This document shows, piece after piece, positions 42,295 to 52,738 of a stretch of DNA of 64,000 nt. The stretch's first letter is position 1. Every line of letters starts with the position of its first letter. The DNA is from an uncultured delta proteobacterium (GTDB lineage: Bacteria > Desulfobacterota > Desulfobaccia > Desulfobaccales > 0-14-0-80-60-11). The notes beneath the pieces are model-generated. The model was not told the origin of the DNA. It worked only from the letters and a program-made list of their open reading frames with translations, and made no database searches. A program made the position numbers and the translations under genes. The stretch covers positions 1,504,001 through 1,568,000 of the forward strand of contig CAWETI010000002.1 of assembly GCA_963812015.1 (NCBI GenBank). Direction: 5' to 3'.

Positions 42295-43767
42295 TTACAT
42301 TCCCTGGAGAAACGGTACTACCGATGATTTAATCATGCTGACCATCAGCTGCGGGAAGAACCCGAAAAGGAGCAGGGTGCCGATGAGGATCATGCGGGGC
42401 AGCGCCAGGAAGGGGCTGACGTCCTCAAAGTGCACGAATTTCGGGTTGGGTTGGTTGAAGAAGGTGCTTTGGACCACCCGCAAGGCAAACAGGGCGCCCA
42501 CCACCAGGGCGGCGATGGCTAACAGGCCGGCCACCGGGAAGACCTTGACCGCGGCGACAAAGACCAGCAATTCGGCCCAGAAGCTGGCAAACCCTGGCAC
42601 CCCGGCGCCACAGAGGGCGGCGGTGATGAAGAAGGCGGAAGCCACGGGCATGATCTTGGAGAAGCCCCCCAATTGGTGGATATCCCGGGTGTGGGTGCGG
42701 TCATAGATATAGCCCACCGAGGAGAAGAAAAGGGCGGTCATGGCGCCATGGGCGAACATCTGGAACACCGAGCCGTTGAGGCCGTCCACGGTGCCGGTTG
42801 ACAGCCCCAGGCAGACGATGCCCATGTGGGAGACCGAAGAATAGCCGATGACGTATTTCAGATCGGTCTGGGCCAGGCCCACGAACACCCCGTAAACGAT
42901 GCCGACGGTGGCCAAGAGCATCATGAGATTGGCCCAGTATTGGAAGCCCTCGGGGAGCAGAAACATGGCGACCCGCAGGATGGCGAAGGAGCCCAGCTTC
43001 ATCAACACGCCCGCATGGAGCATGCTGACGGCGGTGGGAGCCGCCACGTGGCCGACGGGGGACCATGTGTGGAGCGGCCAAACCGCGGCCAGCACCCCAA
43101 ACCCGAAAAACAGGAGGATGAAGGCAACCTTCTGAACCCAGGGGGTGAAGTGGGCTCCGTGGAGCATGAGCATGTTGAAGGTGTTGAGCCCTGAGCTGGC
43201 ATAGAGGAGCAGGATGCCGGGGATAATGAGACCACTACCGGCCATGAGGTACAAGGTCAGCTTCATGGCGGCGTATTCTTTGCGGGTGGAGCCCCAGACC
43301 AGGATGAGGATGTACATGGGCACCACGGCGATCTCATAGAACAGGAAGAAGAAGAACATGTCGTAGGACATGAAGACGCCGAATACTCCGGTCACCAGGG
43401 CCATCATCCAGATGAAGTATTCCTTGGTGCGGGTCTCCAGTTCCCACATGGTGAGACAGCCGGTGAAGATGACGATGCCGGTGAGGAGCAGCATCGGGGC
43501 ATTCAGGCCTTCGACGCCCACAAAGTAGGTGATGCCGAAGGTCTTCACCCACTCGTACTTCTCCACGTACTGCAGGCCCCCCAGACCCTTGTCGTAGGTC
43601 ACAAAGACGAAGATGGCCAGAGCCATGGAGATACCGGCCGCCACCACGCTTACTGCCCGGATAAGGAACTTCTGCTCTTCCTTCAGGGTAAGGAGGATGA
43701 GCAGACCCGTAAACGGGGCCAGCAGCATACAACTCAAATACGGAAATGAAGCAGCATGTTCGGTCAT
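42295..43767 (-). CDS. nuoM: Complex I subunit M
   Basis: WPLHTWSPVGHVAAPT, AGVLMKLG, YSSVSHMG. Confidence 0.95.
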   Translation of the reverse strand: MTEHAASFPYLSCMLLAPFTGLLILLTLKEEQKFLIRAVSVVAAGISMALAIFVFVTYDKGLGGLQYVEKYEWVKTFGITYFVGVEGLNAPMLLLTGIVIFTGCLTMWELETRTKEYFIWMMALVTGVFGVFMSYDMFFFFLFYEIAVVPMYILILVWGSTRKEYAAMKLTLYLMAGSGLIIPGILLLYASSGLNTFNMLMLHGAHFTPWVQKVAFILLFFGFGVLAAVWPLHTWSPVGHVAAPTAVSMLHAGVLMKLGSFAILRVAMFLLPEGFQYWANLMMLLATVGIVYGVFVGLAQTDLKYVIGYSSVSHMGIVCLGLSTGTVDGLNGSVFQMFAHGAMTALFFSSVGYIYDRTHTRDIHQLGGFSKIMPVASAFFITAALCGAGVPGFASFWAELLVFVAAVKVFPVAGLLAIAALVVGALFALRVVQSTFFNQPNPKFVHFEDVSPFLALPRMILIGTLLLFGFFPQLMVSMIKSSVVPFLQGM

Positions 43768-43768
43768 A

Positions 43769-45727
43769 TCAGCGACCCATCACGAGATAGATCCCGACGC
43801 CAGCCAGGACCAGTACCATAAACAGCAGGTTGTATTGTAAAAACGCGGTTTGAATATAGGACAGTATCCGGCCGCTGCCGACGGTGGAGAAGGCCACCGC
43901 ATCGACGCCGCCATCCACCACCCGGCGGTCGTTGTAGGTGAACACCCGGGAAAAGGTGCCATAGATGAACCGGTTCAGGAACCAGCGCCAGAAATGGTCC
44001 ATGTACCACTTCTGGATGAAAAAGTTTTGCAGGGCGGGGACCTTACTGATGAAGCCGACACATTTGGCGTTCTTGGCGCCCCAATCGAACCAGGCCAGCA
44101 CGATGCCCCCCACGGCGCAGCTAACCGCCGAGGCCAGGAGGAAGTAATTCATGGCGTGGTGATGCACTTCCCCCAGGAGCATCTTTTGGAGATAGCCTTC
44201 ACAGAAACCCAGGATCAGGGTGAAAGAGGCCAGCACGATGAGGGGGAAGGCCATGACCCAGGGCACCCCGTGAGGCTCGTCGTGGCCGTGGCCGTGGCCG
44301 GCGGCATCATGGCCGTGGGCGTCCTGCCCATGGGCCTCTTCTTCGACGGGGACAACATGGCCGGGGACCTGGGCATAAGCTGAAGGCTGCTTGGGGAAGA
44401 GCATGACAAAGATTACCCGGAAGGCGTAATACGCGGTCAGGAAGGCGCCTCCCAGGCCCAGGACCAACCAGAGCTTGTTGTCTAAATGGGCCAGGGCCGT
44501 CAACACCAGTTCCTTACTGAAGAAGCCGGCCAGGGGGAAGATGCCGGCCAGGGCCAGGGCGGCAATGGTGATGCAGGTCATGGGGATGATCAGCTTGCGC
44601 CCCCCCTGGGTGGCCATGGTAAAGAAGTCGTTGGTGCCGAAATGGTGGATGAAAACACCGGAACAGAGGAACAGGAGGGCCTTGAAGGCCGCATGGGTGG
44701 TCAGGTGGTAGTAGCCGGCGAACAGGGTGCCGGAGGCCAGGGCCGCGGCGGCGAGGCCCATGGCCATGAAGCCTAGCTGGCTCACGGTGGAGTAGGCCCA
44801 GACCTGCTTGATGTCCGTGGCCACCATGCCGATGGTGGAAGACAGGATCAGGGTGATGGAGGCGATGACAAGGATTACGGTCATGGCCGTGGCCGAGGCC
44901 GCAAAGAACGGGAAGATCCGGGTCATGAGGTAGACGCCGGCGGCCACCATGGTGGCGGAATGGAGCAAGGCCGAGACCGGGGTGGGGCCTTCCATGGCGT
45001 CCGGGAGCCAGACGTGCAGCGGGAACTGGGCGCTTTTGCCCATGACGCCGCAGAAGATCAAGAGGGCCGAGGTGGTGAGGAGCCAGGGGGGCATCTTGTG
45101 GGCCACCGCGGCGGCGTTAACCGTGGCGATATCCAGGTTGCCGTAGAACAGCACCAGGAAGACCAGGCCCATGAAGAAGCCGATATCCCCGAAGCGGGTG
45201 ACCACAAAGGCCTTTTTGCCGGCTTCGGAGGCGGAGAATTTCTCGTACCAGAAGCCGATGAGGAGATAGGAGGCCAGGCCCACCAGCTCCCAGGCGATGT
45301 ACAACTGGAGGAGGCCGCTGGAGATCACCAGGGTAAGCATGGCCAGGGCAAAGAGGGACAGGTCGGCGTAATACCGGCCGAACCCGGGGTCCCCCGCCAT
45401 GTAGCCGATGGAGTAGACCTGCACCAGCCAGCTGATGGTGGCCACGATCACGAACATGATCAGGCTGGTAGGATCAAGGAGAAAGCCGAAGGGCACCTTG
45501 ACGATGTCGGACACCAGCCAGTCGAAATTGTAGATGATGGGTGCGTGGCTACCCAGCTTGAAGAAAAAGGTCCAGGCAATCACCAGGGGGATGGTGGAGG
45601 CCACGAGGGAGATGGCCAGAGACAGCTTGGGATTATCCCTGGTGAAGATCATAATCAGGGCGAAGGCCGACAACGGCAAAAAGACCGTCAGCAGACAACC
45701 TAAGAGAATCGGATCAGACAAACCCAT
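43769..45727 (-). CDS. nuoL: Complex I subunit L
   Basis: GKSAQFPLHVWLPDAMEGPTPVSALLHSATMVAAG, HAAFKALLFL; ATG 45727 preferred over TTG 45733. Confidence 0.97.
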   Translation of the reverse strand: MGLSDPILLGCLLTVFLPLSAFALIMIFTRDNPKLSLAISLVASTIPLVIAWTFFFKLGSHAPIIYNFDWLVSDIVKVPFGFLLDPTSLIMFVIVATISWLVQVYSIGYMAGDPGFGRYYADLSLFALAMLTLVISSGLLQLYIAWELVGLASYLLIGFWYEKFSASEAGKKAFVVTRFGDIGFFMGLVFLVLFYGNLDIATVNAAAVAHKMPPWLLTTSALLIFCGVMGKSAQFPLHVWLPDAMEGPTPVSALLHSATMVAAGVYLMTRIFPFFAASATAMTVILVIASITLILSSTIGMVATDIKQVWAYSTVSQLGFMAMGLAAAALASGTLFAGYYHLTTHAAFKALLFLCSGVFIHHFGTNDFFTMATQGGRKLIIPMTCITIAALALAGIFPLAGFFSKELVLTALAHLDNKLWLVLGLGGAFLTAYYAFRVIFVMLFPKQPSAYAQVPGHVVPVEEEAHGQDAHGHDAAGHGHGHDEPHGVPWVMAFPLIVLASFTLILGFCEGYLQKMLLGEVHHHAMNYFLLASAVSCAVGGIVLAWFDWGAKNAKCVGFISKVPALQNFFIQKWYMDHFWRWFLNRFIYGTFSRVFTYNDRRVVDGGVDAVAFSTVGSGRILSYIQTAFLQYNLLFMVLVLAGVGIYLVMGR

Positions 45728-45729
45728 GA

Positions 45730-46047
45730 TCAACCCCTAAGCTCGGTGGCGTGTTCGACGTTGATGGATTTCAGTTTCCGGTACACGGCCACGATAATGC
45801 TCAAGGCGATGGCGGCTTCCGCCGCGGCCACGGCCATGATGAACAGGGTAATGACCTGCCCGACGGCCGGGTGGGGCGCCAGGAAGCGGTTGAAGGCCAT
45901 GAAATTGATGCTGGCGGCGTTCAAGATCAGCTCCACGGAAATCAGGATGGCGATGAGCGAGCGCCTGGTCAGGACACCGTAGAGGCCGATGACAAAGAGC
46001 ATCAGGGCCAGATAGAGGTAAGTCTGCAATTGGTTAAACAGCAACAT
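45730..46047 (-). CDS. nuoK: Complex I subunit K
   Basis: VELILNAA, AVAAAEAAIAL. Confidence 0.95.
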   Translation of the reverse strand: MLLFNQLQTYLYLALMLFVIGLYGVLTRRSLIAILISVELILNAASINFMAFNRFLAPHPAVGQVITLFIMAVAAAEAAIALSIIVAVYRKLKSINVEHATELRG

Positions 46048-46061
46048 CTCAAACCCTCGGA

Positions 46062-46595
46062 TTAAGGTTTACCGCGGCCGCCCCGGGCAGTGACGATGGC
46101 GCCCAGCATGGCCACCAGCAGCAGCAGCGAAACCAGTTCAAAGATTAAGGCGTAATTGGTGAGGAGGTAATGACCGATGGTGGTGATGGACCAATCGGCG
46201 CTCCGTTCCGGGGCCGGGGTCCACTGGGTCTTCTTCAGCAACAGCGCCAGGAAAACAAAGATGGCGCCGGCGCCCACCGCGGCCCCCAGGACCTTGGCCC
46301 GGTTGCGGGGCGGCGGGGGGAGATACAGGGGCGTGGAGAGCATGATGGCAAAGCAAATGGCGATGCAGATGGCCCCGACATAGATGAGGATCTCCATCAG
46401 GGCGACGAAGGGGCTGTTGAGAAAGAGAAAGATACCGGACACCCCGAACAGGGAGAGACACAACCCCAGGACATTGTGGAAGATGCTCCGGGCTCCCACC
46501 GCGATGAGAGCGCCCAGGATGGTGAGTCCCACCACCATCACAAAGGCGGCGGTGGCCGCAGTCTGGGGAGTCAACCAGGCGCTTACGAAGTTCAT
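46062..46595 (-). CDS. nuoJ: Complex I subunit J
   Basis: EILIYVGAI, FELVSLLLLVAMLGAI. Confidence 0.93.
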   Translation of the reverse strand: MNFVSAWLTPQTAATAAFVMVVGLTILGALIAVGARSIFHNVLGLCLSLFGVSGIFLFLNSPFVALMEILIYVGAICIAICFAIMLSTPLYLPPPPRNRAKVLGAAVGAGAIFVFLALLLKKTQWTPAPERSADWSITTIGHYLLTNYALIFELVSLLLLVAMLGAIVTARGGRGKP

Positions 46596-47191
46596 TCTTT
46601 GACCTCTTTGTTCTCTTTGGAGGGGGCCGCTTTGGCCTCGGCTTTCGCTTTGGCTTCTTGTTCTTTTGCGGCTTTCGCCGCAGCCTCAGCCGCAATAGCC
46701 GCGGCGATGTCCGCTTCCGTCGGGATAGGAGTGACGGGCAGGCCGGCAGCCTTCTGCCGGGTTTGCAGCAAGGTCAGGTGATCGAAGACGAAATCTTCCC
46801 GGGTGTAGCCCGCCAGCCGGTAAACCTGGGAGAATTCCAGGGCCGAGGTGGGGCAGACTTCAACGCACAGGCCGCAAAGACTGCAATATTGATGCTCATG
46901 GATGTACTTGGTGGCTCGCTTCTGCTTTTCCCCGGGGAACTTCGTGCCCTCCACGGTAATTAGTTGGGAGGGGCAGATGCGGGCGCACATCTCGCAGGCG
47001 ATGCACTTGTGCGTCTGGGTCTCGGGGTCGATGATAAACTGGGGATAGCCCCGATACCTCGGGGTCATCTGGATCTTTTCCCGAGGGTACTGGACGGTGA
47101 CGATGGGTTTGACAAAGTAGCGGATGGTCACCGCCATGCCTGCCAACAGACTCCAAAACCCCACCGCAATTTCTTTGAAATAACTCATCAT
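46592..47191 (-). CDS. nuoI: Complex I subunit I (2x[4Fe-4S])
   Basis: TVQYP, CIACEMCARICP, CSLCGLCVEVCP; Ala/Lys/Glu tail. Confidence 0.95.
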   Translation of the reverse strand: MMSYFKEIAVGFWSLLAGMAVTIRYFVKPIVTVQYPREKIQMTPRYRGYPQFIIDPETQTHKCIACEMCARICPSQLITVEGTKFPGEKQKRATKYIHEHQYCSLCGLCVEVCPTSALEFSQVYRLAGYTREDFVFDHLTLLQTRQKAAGLPVTPIPTEADIAAAIAAEAAAKAAKEQEAKAKAEAKAAPSKENKEVKE

Positions 47192-47230
47192 CGCTACTCA
47201 ACCTTTATTCCGGCAGTTAACCGGCCCACC

Positions 47231-48205
47231 TCATCTAAGTTTCAGCACAAAGGCAGTTATGAGCAGATTGACAAAGGCCAGAGGGATCAAGATTTTCCAG
47301 GCGAAAGTGACCAGTTGGTCGAAGCGCACCCGGGGGAAGGTCCAACGGAACCACATGAGCAGAAAGACCATGGCATAGACCTTGATAAGGAACCAGATGA
47401 CCCCGGGCAGGAAGGGCCCGTGCCAGCCTCCCAGGAAGAGCACCGTGGCCACCGCCGAGGCGATGAAGATGTTGGTATATTCCGCCAGGAAGAAGAGGGC
47501 GAACCGCATCCCGGTGTATTCGGTGTGGAAGCCGGCCACCAGTTCAGATTCCGCTTCCGGAAGGTCAAAGGGGGCCCGGTTGGTCTCGGCGGTGGCGCAG
47601 ATAATATAGAGAATGAACGCCAGGGGCTGCACCGCCACGAACCAGTAACGGCTCTGGGCGGCGACAATATCGGAGAGCCTGAACGACCCCACCATGAGAA
47701 TGATACTCATGACGGTGACGAGCAGGGGAATTTCGTAGGCCACGTTCTGGGCCACGGAGCGGATGGCGCCTAAGACCGAGTACTTATTGTTGGACGACCA
47801 TCCGGCCATGAGAATGGCCAGCACCGACAGGGTGGAGAAGGCGAGGATCAGAACGATGCCGACGTTCATGTCCCGGAGGATCAGGGTTTGGGAAAAGGGA
47901 ATGACCAGGAAGGAGAGCAGAACCGGCAGGAAGACCACGATGGGGGCCAGCCAATAGATGGGCTTGTCCACTTCTTCCGGGGTGATGAGCTCCTTGCCCA
48001 TGAGCTTGAGGGCATCAGCCAGGGACTGGAGGACTCCGTGGGGGCCGACCTCCATGGGGCCGGGGCGGAGCTGTATATGAGCCGATACTTTGCGCTCCAC
48101 CCAGATGAGAAACAAGGCGTTCACCGAAACCAGGGCGATGACCCCGATCAGGCCCACGATCATCCGGGCCCCAGCACTACCCAATAATTGCCCCACAAGT
48201 TCCAT
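47231..48205 (-). CDS. nuoH: Complex I subunit H
   Basis: [39 protein letters not shown]. Confidence 0.97.
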   Translation of the reverse strand: MELVGQLLGSAGARMIVGLIGVIALVSVNALFLIWVERKVSAHIQLRPGPMEVGPHGVLQSLADALKLMGKELITPEEVDKPIYWLAPIVVFLPVLLSFLVIPFSQTLILRDMNVGIVLILAFSTLSVLAILMAGWSSNNKYSVLGAIRSVAQNVAYEIPLLVTVMSIILMVGSFRLSDIVAAQSRYWFVAVQPLAFILYIICATAETNRAPFDLPEAESELVAGFHTEYTGMRFALFFLAEYTNIFIASAVATVLFLGGWHGPFLPGVIWFLIKVYAMVFLLMWFRWTFPRVRFDQLVTFAWKILIPLAFVNLLITAFVLKLR

Positions 48206-48226
48206 AGTTTGCGCTCGTATCCGTAC

Positions 48227-49342
48227 TTACCGGTCAATCTCCGGGATGACCACGTCAATGGAGCCCAGGTTGGCCACCAGGTCGGCAACCAGGTTGTCCA
48301 CGGCCATTTCCGGGAAGAGGCTGAGATTGGCAAAGGACGGGACCCGAAGTTTGATCCGATAGGGTTTCACGTCACCCTGGCTGACGATGTAGCAGCCGAA
48401 TTCCCCCCGGGCGGTTTCCACGGCCTGGTAGACCTCGCCCACCGGCGGCTTGATGCGTTTGGGCACTTTTTCCGCCATGATGGGGCCGTCGGGGAGCTTG
48501 TTGCAGGCCTGCTCGATGATGCGGCAGCTCTGCTCCATCTCGGCCAGGCGTACTATATAGCGGTCAAAAATGTCGCCCTTGGACCCGATGGGGATCTCAA
48601 AATCAAAGAGCGGATAGGCGGAATAGGGCTCGCTTTTGCGGATATCGTAAGGGATGCCGCTGCCCCGGAGGTTGGGGCCGGTGATGCCGTATTTGACGCA
48701 CTGATCCTTGGTGATGAAGCCGACGTCCCGGGCCCGGTTGATGAAGATGACGTTCTTGGTCACCAGGTTGTCGTAGTCGGCCCAGCGGCTGCGCAGCCGC
48801 TGAATGAAGGCCCGGCAGCCGGTGATGAATTCCTCATCGAGATCAACGGGGACGCCGCCGAACCGATAGAAGCAGTAGGTGAGGCGCGAGCCGGTGATGC
48901 GGTCCAGGAGGTCCAGGATATGCTCCCGGTCGTCAAAACAATACATGATGGGGGTGAAGGCCCCCAGGTCCAGGAGATAGGCGCCGAACCACAGCAGGTG
49001 GGAAGTGATGCGGTTGAGTTCGGCGAGGATTACCCGGATGAACTCGGCCCGCTCCGGGACCGTGAGGCCCAGGAGTTTTTCCACCGCCATGCAATAGCCC
49101 TGATTGTAGGCCAGGGCGTGGAGGTAATCCACCCGTCCCATATTCGGCAGGAATTGCTGGTAATTGCGATTCTCCGCCATGTGCTCGTGGCCACGGTGCC
49201 CGTAACCGATGACCGGCTCCGCCTTGGTGATGAACTCGCCGTCCATCTCCAGGAGCACCCGCAGGACGCCGTGGGTGCTGGGATGCTGCGGACCCAAATT
49301 CAGGGTATAAGTCTTTTCTTCTAGTCCGAATAGCTCAATCAT
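48227..49342 (-). CDS. nuoD: Complex I subunit D
   Basis: NLGPQHPSTHGVLR, RVDY, ETARGE, C-terminal EIDR; no NiFe CxxC pairs. Confidence 0.96.
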   Translation of the reverse strand: MIELFGLEEKTYTLNLGPQHPSTHGVLRVLLEMDGEFITKAEPVIGYGHRGHEHMAENRNYQQFLPNMGRVDYLHALAYNQGYCMAVEKLLGLTVPERAEFIRVILAELNRITSHLLWFGAYLLDLGAFTPIMYCFDDREHILDLLDRITGSRLTYCFYRFGGVPVDLDEEFITGCRAFIQRLRSRWADYDNLVTKNVIFINRARDVGFITKDQCVKYGITGPNLRGSGIPYDIRKSEPYSAYPLFDFEIPIGSKGDIFDRYIVRLAEMEQSCRIIEQACNKLPDGPIMAEKVPKRIKPPVGEVYQAVETARGEFGCYIVSQGDVKPYRIKLRVPSFANLSLFPEMAVDNLVADLVANLGSIDVVIPEIDR

Positions 49343-49781
49343 TGCCCTGGGACTCTCCGAAATCTTTCAGTAAGGGATGGAAATCGGCATCTTCCGGCAG
49401 CAAGATTCGCTTCAGGTTGGGATGCCCGAAGAAATGGATGCCGAAGAGGTCAAAGACCTCCCGCTCATACCAATCAGCCCCCGGATAGATCTGGGAGATG
49501 GTGTACATGCCCTTCTTCTTGCCGAGAGGCACGTGCACGACGGTCCGGCATAGTTCATCGAAACTGGCGAAGTGGTACACCAGGTCGAAAGAGTCTCTTA
49601 AGTCCACCGCGGTGAAGGATTCCAGGAAGCAACCCGCGTCCAGCATAACCTGGGCCACGTCCGACATTTGGGTCGGTTGGGCTGCCACCTCCAGGTGGTA
49701 TCCGGTCTTGGCGTAGTCGCCCTCGGCCACCTTTTCGAGATTCAAGGGGGCCAGCGCTTTGTGGAGATTATCCTTTAGCAT
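49335..49781 (-). CDS. nuoC: Complex I subunit C
   Basis: [33 protein letters not shown]. Confidence 0.95.
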   Translation of the reverse strand: MLKDNLHKALAPLNLEKVAEGDYAKTGYHLEVAAQPTQMSDVAQVMLDAGCFLESFTAVDLRDSFDLVYHFASFDELCRTVVHVPLGKKKGMYTISQIYPGADWYEREVFDLFGIHFFGHPNLKRILLPEDADFHPLLKDFGESQGND

Positions 49782-50268
49782 CTCTGAACTTCCTGAGACG
49801 GCCCCGTTTGGTGATTTTTTCTTCCAGTAGAAGGATGCCTTCGATCAACGTCTCAGGCCGGGGCGGACAGCCGGGGACGTAGACGTCCACGGGGATGATG
49901 AGGTCGGCGCCGGGAACGATGGCATACTGGGTCGGATAATAAAAGGGGCCACCAGAAATGGCGCAGTTCCCCATGGCGATGACCCATTTGGGGGCGGGCA
50001 TCTGCTCGTAGAGCCGCACCACTGCCGGAGCCATCTTCTTGGAGATGGTGCCGGCCACGATCATCAGGTCGCACTGCCGGGGTGAGGGCCGGAAAACCTC
50101 GGCCCCGAAACGGGCCAGATCAAACCGGGCCATGCCCACGGCCATCATCTCGATGGCGCAGCAGGCCAGGCCGAAGGTCATGGGCCACAGAGAATTGGCC
50201 CGGGCCAGGTTGAGGGCCTTTTCCAGGACTCCAAAATGGATTAGGGGTTCACCTGTTTTCGTTTCCAA
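49768..50268 (-). CDS. nuoB: Complex I subunit B
   Basis: [40 protein letters not shown] 50268 after AGGAG. Confidence 0.96.
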   Translation of the reverse strand: METKTGEPLIHFGVLEKALNLARANSLWPMTFGLACCAIEMMAVGMARFDLARFGAEVFRPSPRQCDLMIVAGTISKKMAPAVVRLYEQMPAPKWVIAMGNCAISGGPFYYPTQYAIVPGADLIIPVDVYVPGCPPRPETLIEGILLLEEKITKRGRLRKFRDAKG

Positions 50269-50633
50269 CTGAACACTCCTCTGTTCCAGGCATAGACGAT
50301 GACCAGGGACAGAATGCCGATGAAGATGGTTACTTCGATGAAGTCCCGCCAGACATAGCCTTTGCCGTAGGCCAACAGCACCGGGAAGAGAAAGAGCACA
50401 TCCACGTCGAAGGCCAGGAACAGCAAGGCAAAGAGATAGTAGATCACCGCTACCTGAATCCAGGCGCTGCCGATGGTGGGCATGCCGCATTCATACACGG
50501 CGTCCCGGGCGGCGCCGAAGCTCCGGGGGGCGATCAGTTTGGCGATGAGGAGGGGACCCATGGCGAACAGCCCCGCTGCCACCAGGTACACGAGAACAAA
50601 CGAGAAATCGCTCAAGGCCTGCGGAATTTCCAA
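50241..50633 (-). CDS. nuoA: Complex I subunit A
   Basis: YECG loop, [14 protein letters not shown], three TMs, GVFSW. Confidence 0.95.
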   Translation of the reverse strand: MEIPQALSDFSFVLVYLVAAGLFAMGPLLIAKLIAPRSFGAARDAVYECGMPTIGSAWIQVAVIYYLFALLFLAFDVDVLFLFPVLLAYGKGYVWRDFIEVTIFIGILSLVIVYAWNRGVFSWKRKQVNP

Positions 50634-50670
50634 CGCCCGACTCCTTGTGCTTTTTGGTACAACCTCGCCT

Positions 50671-50700
50671 TTTATACCCCAGGGGGGAAAACATAGTCAA
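50671..50700 (-). promoter_or_regulatory. Probable sigma70 promoter of nuo operon
   Basis: Minus strand TTGACT-N18-TATAAA. Confidence 0.55.
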
Positions 50701-50923
50701 GGAGTTTTTCCCCGCTCAGTGGAAAAAAACTTCTGGCGCCAGAGCAAGCACTGGCTCAAAAAGAGTTTTTCCTCACAAGAAAATTCGAACCAAGTGAATT
50801 TAAGCAGCCGTTGTTTCTCAAAACATGTTAGCATCGATCGAATGGCGGTGGCGCGGCGCAGGCCGGGCCTCGGTCCCCGGGGGCTTTGGCTCGAGTGGCC
50901 ACGAAAAAGGAGTGGGCAGGCGG

Positions 50924-51658
50924 ATGTCTCACTGGGAAGATTTGACCATGCCGGGTTTCGAGGCCCTGGGGCAGAAAACCCAAACGGTGATCTTGCCGGT
51001 GGGGTCGCTGGAGGAGCATGGGCCGCATCTGCCCCTGGGCACGGACACTTTTCACGCCCTGGAGGTGGCCCGGCGGGTGGCGGACCTGCGCCCGGTGGTG
51101 GTGGCCCCGCCCCTGTTTTACGGCATGTGCCGCTCTACCCGGGAGCATCCGGGCACGGTGAGTATCTCGGGGGACGCCTTGCGGGCCCTGCTCCTTTCGG
51201 TGGGCCGAGAATTCCACCGCCAGGGGATGCGCCACCTGGTGTTCGTCAGCGGCCACGCCGGCGGCACCCATATCAGCGCCATCGTCGAGGCGGCCGAATG
51301 CCTGCTGGCGGAGCTGCCCGAGGTTAGGGTCGCGGTGGTCAATCTGCTGGAGCTGCTCCGGGAGGTGCTGGCGGATAAACCGGACCTGGTCAAAACCCGG
51401 GGGGACTCTCATGCCGGGGAGGTGGAGACGGCCATCATGATGGCGGCCTACCCGCATCTGGTTAAGGGGAGCGCCCCGGAGGAATGGCCTCGATTTCCCC
51501 GGTACCTGCTGGTACGGGATAAACGGCGTTACTGGCCTGGAGGGGTGTGGGGCAATCCGGCCCCAGCCACCGCCGCCCAGGGCGAGGAAATCTTAGCAGC
51601 GGAGGCAGCCAGATTGGCTAAGGTTATCAGTGAGTTAGAAGAGTTCAGGAATGATTAG
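50924..51658 (+). CDS. Creatininase-family amidohydrolase
   Basis: PVGSLEEHGPHLPLGTD, HPGT, GHAG, HAGEVET, GVWGNP; start at ATG 50924. Confidence 0.93.
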   Translation: MSHWEDLTMPGFEALGQKTQTVILPVGSLEEHGPHLPLGTDTFHALEVARRVADLRPVVVAPPLFYGMCRSTREHPGTVSISGDALRALLLSVGREFHRQGMRHLVFVSGHAGGTHISAIVEAAECLLAELPEVRVAVVNLLELLREVLADKPDLVKTRGDSHAGEVETAIMMAAYPHLVKGSAPEEWPRFPRYLLVRDKRRYWPGGVWGNPAPATAAQGEEILAAEAARLAKVISELEEFRND

Positions 51659-51737
51659 GTTTTTTCCTTGACAATATTTCGGATATATACAAAGATACAA
51701 GCACAATATTTATCGGAACAGAAAGGGAATATCTTTA

Positions 51738-51986
51738 ATGATCGTGGAAACCATTGAACATATTGCCGACCGGGTACTCGCCTACGAAGAAACCGACCTC
51801 ACCGCCCTCCTCAACCATTTTAAAACGCGCATGGAAGATTTTGAACCAGGACCCGCCTGGGAAAGAGCGGTAATTGCCTACTTTTTGATTAATGGGGTTC
51901 GAGTCAAGAATGCCCTGAAGCAAGGCAAGTTGCACAATCAGGAGATAACGCCGGGAAGCCGACCGGCGTTGCGAGTGGTCAAATAG
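51738..51986 (+). CDS. Small hypothetical protein
   Basis: AAAGGG RBS, upstream TTGACA, FEP...WE.AVI.YF.IN.VR.KN pattern. Confidence 0.75.
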   Translation: MIVETIEHIADRVLAYEETDLTALLNHFKTRMEDFEPGPAWERAVIAYFLINGVRVKNALKQGKLHNQEITPGSRPALRVVK

Positions 51987-52202
51987 GCGATAGTTTTTTC
52001 TCCCTCCCTGTCATCAGTTCCCCACCTCTCCTTCCAGCCGGGAGAGGCATGGAATCATATTTTCTGTTTGGTTTCCCCTGCCGCCGTGGCACCTTTTGAA
52101 TCCTCCACCAGCATACCCCTTACTCCATCAGGCGTTCCTCGAAATTCAGCTGGAAGCGAGGGATAATACCAAGTTACCGTCAAACGAGTAATAATCTGAA
52201 TT

Positions 52203-52230
52203 GTAGGCGCGGTTCGCGAACCGCCCCTAC
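52203..52230. repeat. GTAG-type REP palindrome
   Basis: GTAGGCGCGGTTCGCGAACCGCCCCTAC; 27/28 identical to 38729-38756. Confidence 0.85.
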
Positions 52231-52305
52231 AGGGGTTGCTATCATAAAGCCAGAATTACCTTTATGACGGCAACTTAGTAAAACGGTCCGCGTCGGCCCG
52301 CGGGC

Positions 52306-52333
52306 TTGACAAGAAATGGCCTTAGCTTATCAT
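52306..52333 (+). promoter_or_regulatory. sigma70 promoter
   Basis: TTGACA-N16-TATCAT. Confidence 0.6.
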
Positions 52334-52371
52334 TAAAGTGAAAAAATCCTTTCTCATGGGGAGAGCTGGTT

Positions 52372-52656
52372 ATGAAGTCGAAAGTAGCAGCCCTGGTGAT
52401 CGCGATGGCAGTAGGAGCGCTGGCGGCGGGAACCGTCGGCCATGCCGCGAGCGAGGGTAAGGGAACCGGGGACAAGAAAGAGGTTGCGGGCCAGCAATTG
52501 TGTCCGGCCACTCCGGGAGGCGGAGTCTGCCAGGTTAATGGCGACGGATGTTGCTCCACCCAAACCCCGGGGCAGACCGCCTGTCAGGCACCCAGTGATT
52601 GCCCCCCGGCCAAGCCGTCGGTCAAAGCCAAGAAAGAATCGAAGAAATCAGACTAG
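52372..52656 (+). CDS. Small secreted Cys-rich protein
   Basis: Signal peptide, six Cys, Lys-rich tail; GGGGAG RBS, own promoter and terminator. Confidence 0.8.
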   Translation: MKSKVAALVIAMAVGALAAGTVGHAASEGKGTGDKKEVAGQQLCPATPGGGVCQVNGDGCCSTQTPGQTACQAPSDCPPAKPSVKAKKESKKSD

Positions 52657-52691
52657 TCCGGGTCCGGAGCAAGATTTGGACCTGAGACGAG

Positions 52692-52722
52692 ACAGGGCCG
52701 AGCCGCAAGGTTTCGGCCCTGT
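52692..52722. terminator. Hairpin between convergent genes
   Basis: ACAGGGCCGA-GCC-GCAA-GGT-T-TCGGCCCTGT (GNRA loop). Confidence 0.7.
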
Positions 52723-52738
52723 GGCGTTTGGGGCCCGG

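Noticed and set aside
48227..50268. Group 4 NiFe hydrogenase (Ech/Hyf-like) interpretation of the nuo cluster
   Set aside because: The large subunit lacks both CxxC Ni-ligand motifs, NuoB has the tandem CC of complex I, and nuoA/J/K are present.
51990..52160. GGA-rich minus-strand tract as a CsrB-like sRNA or 19-aa peptide
   Set aside because: Few ANGGA motifs, not clearly in hairpin loops, and no convincing promoter or terminator.
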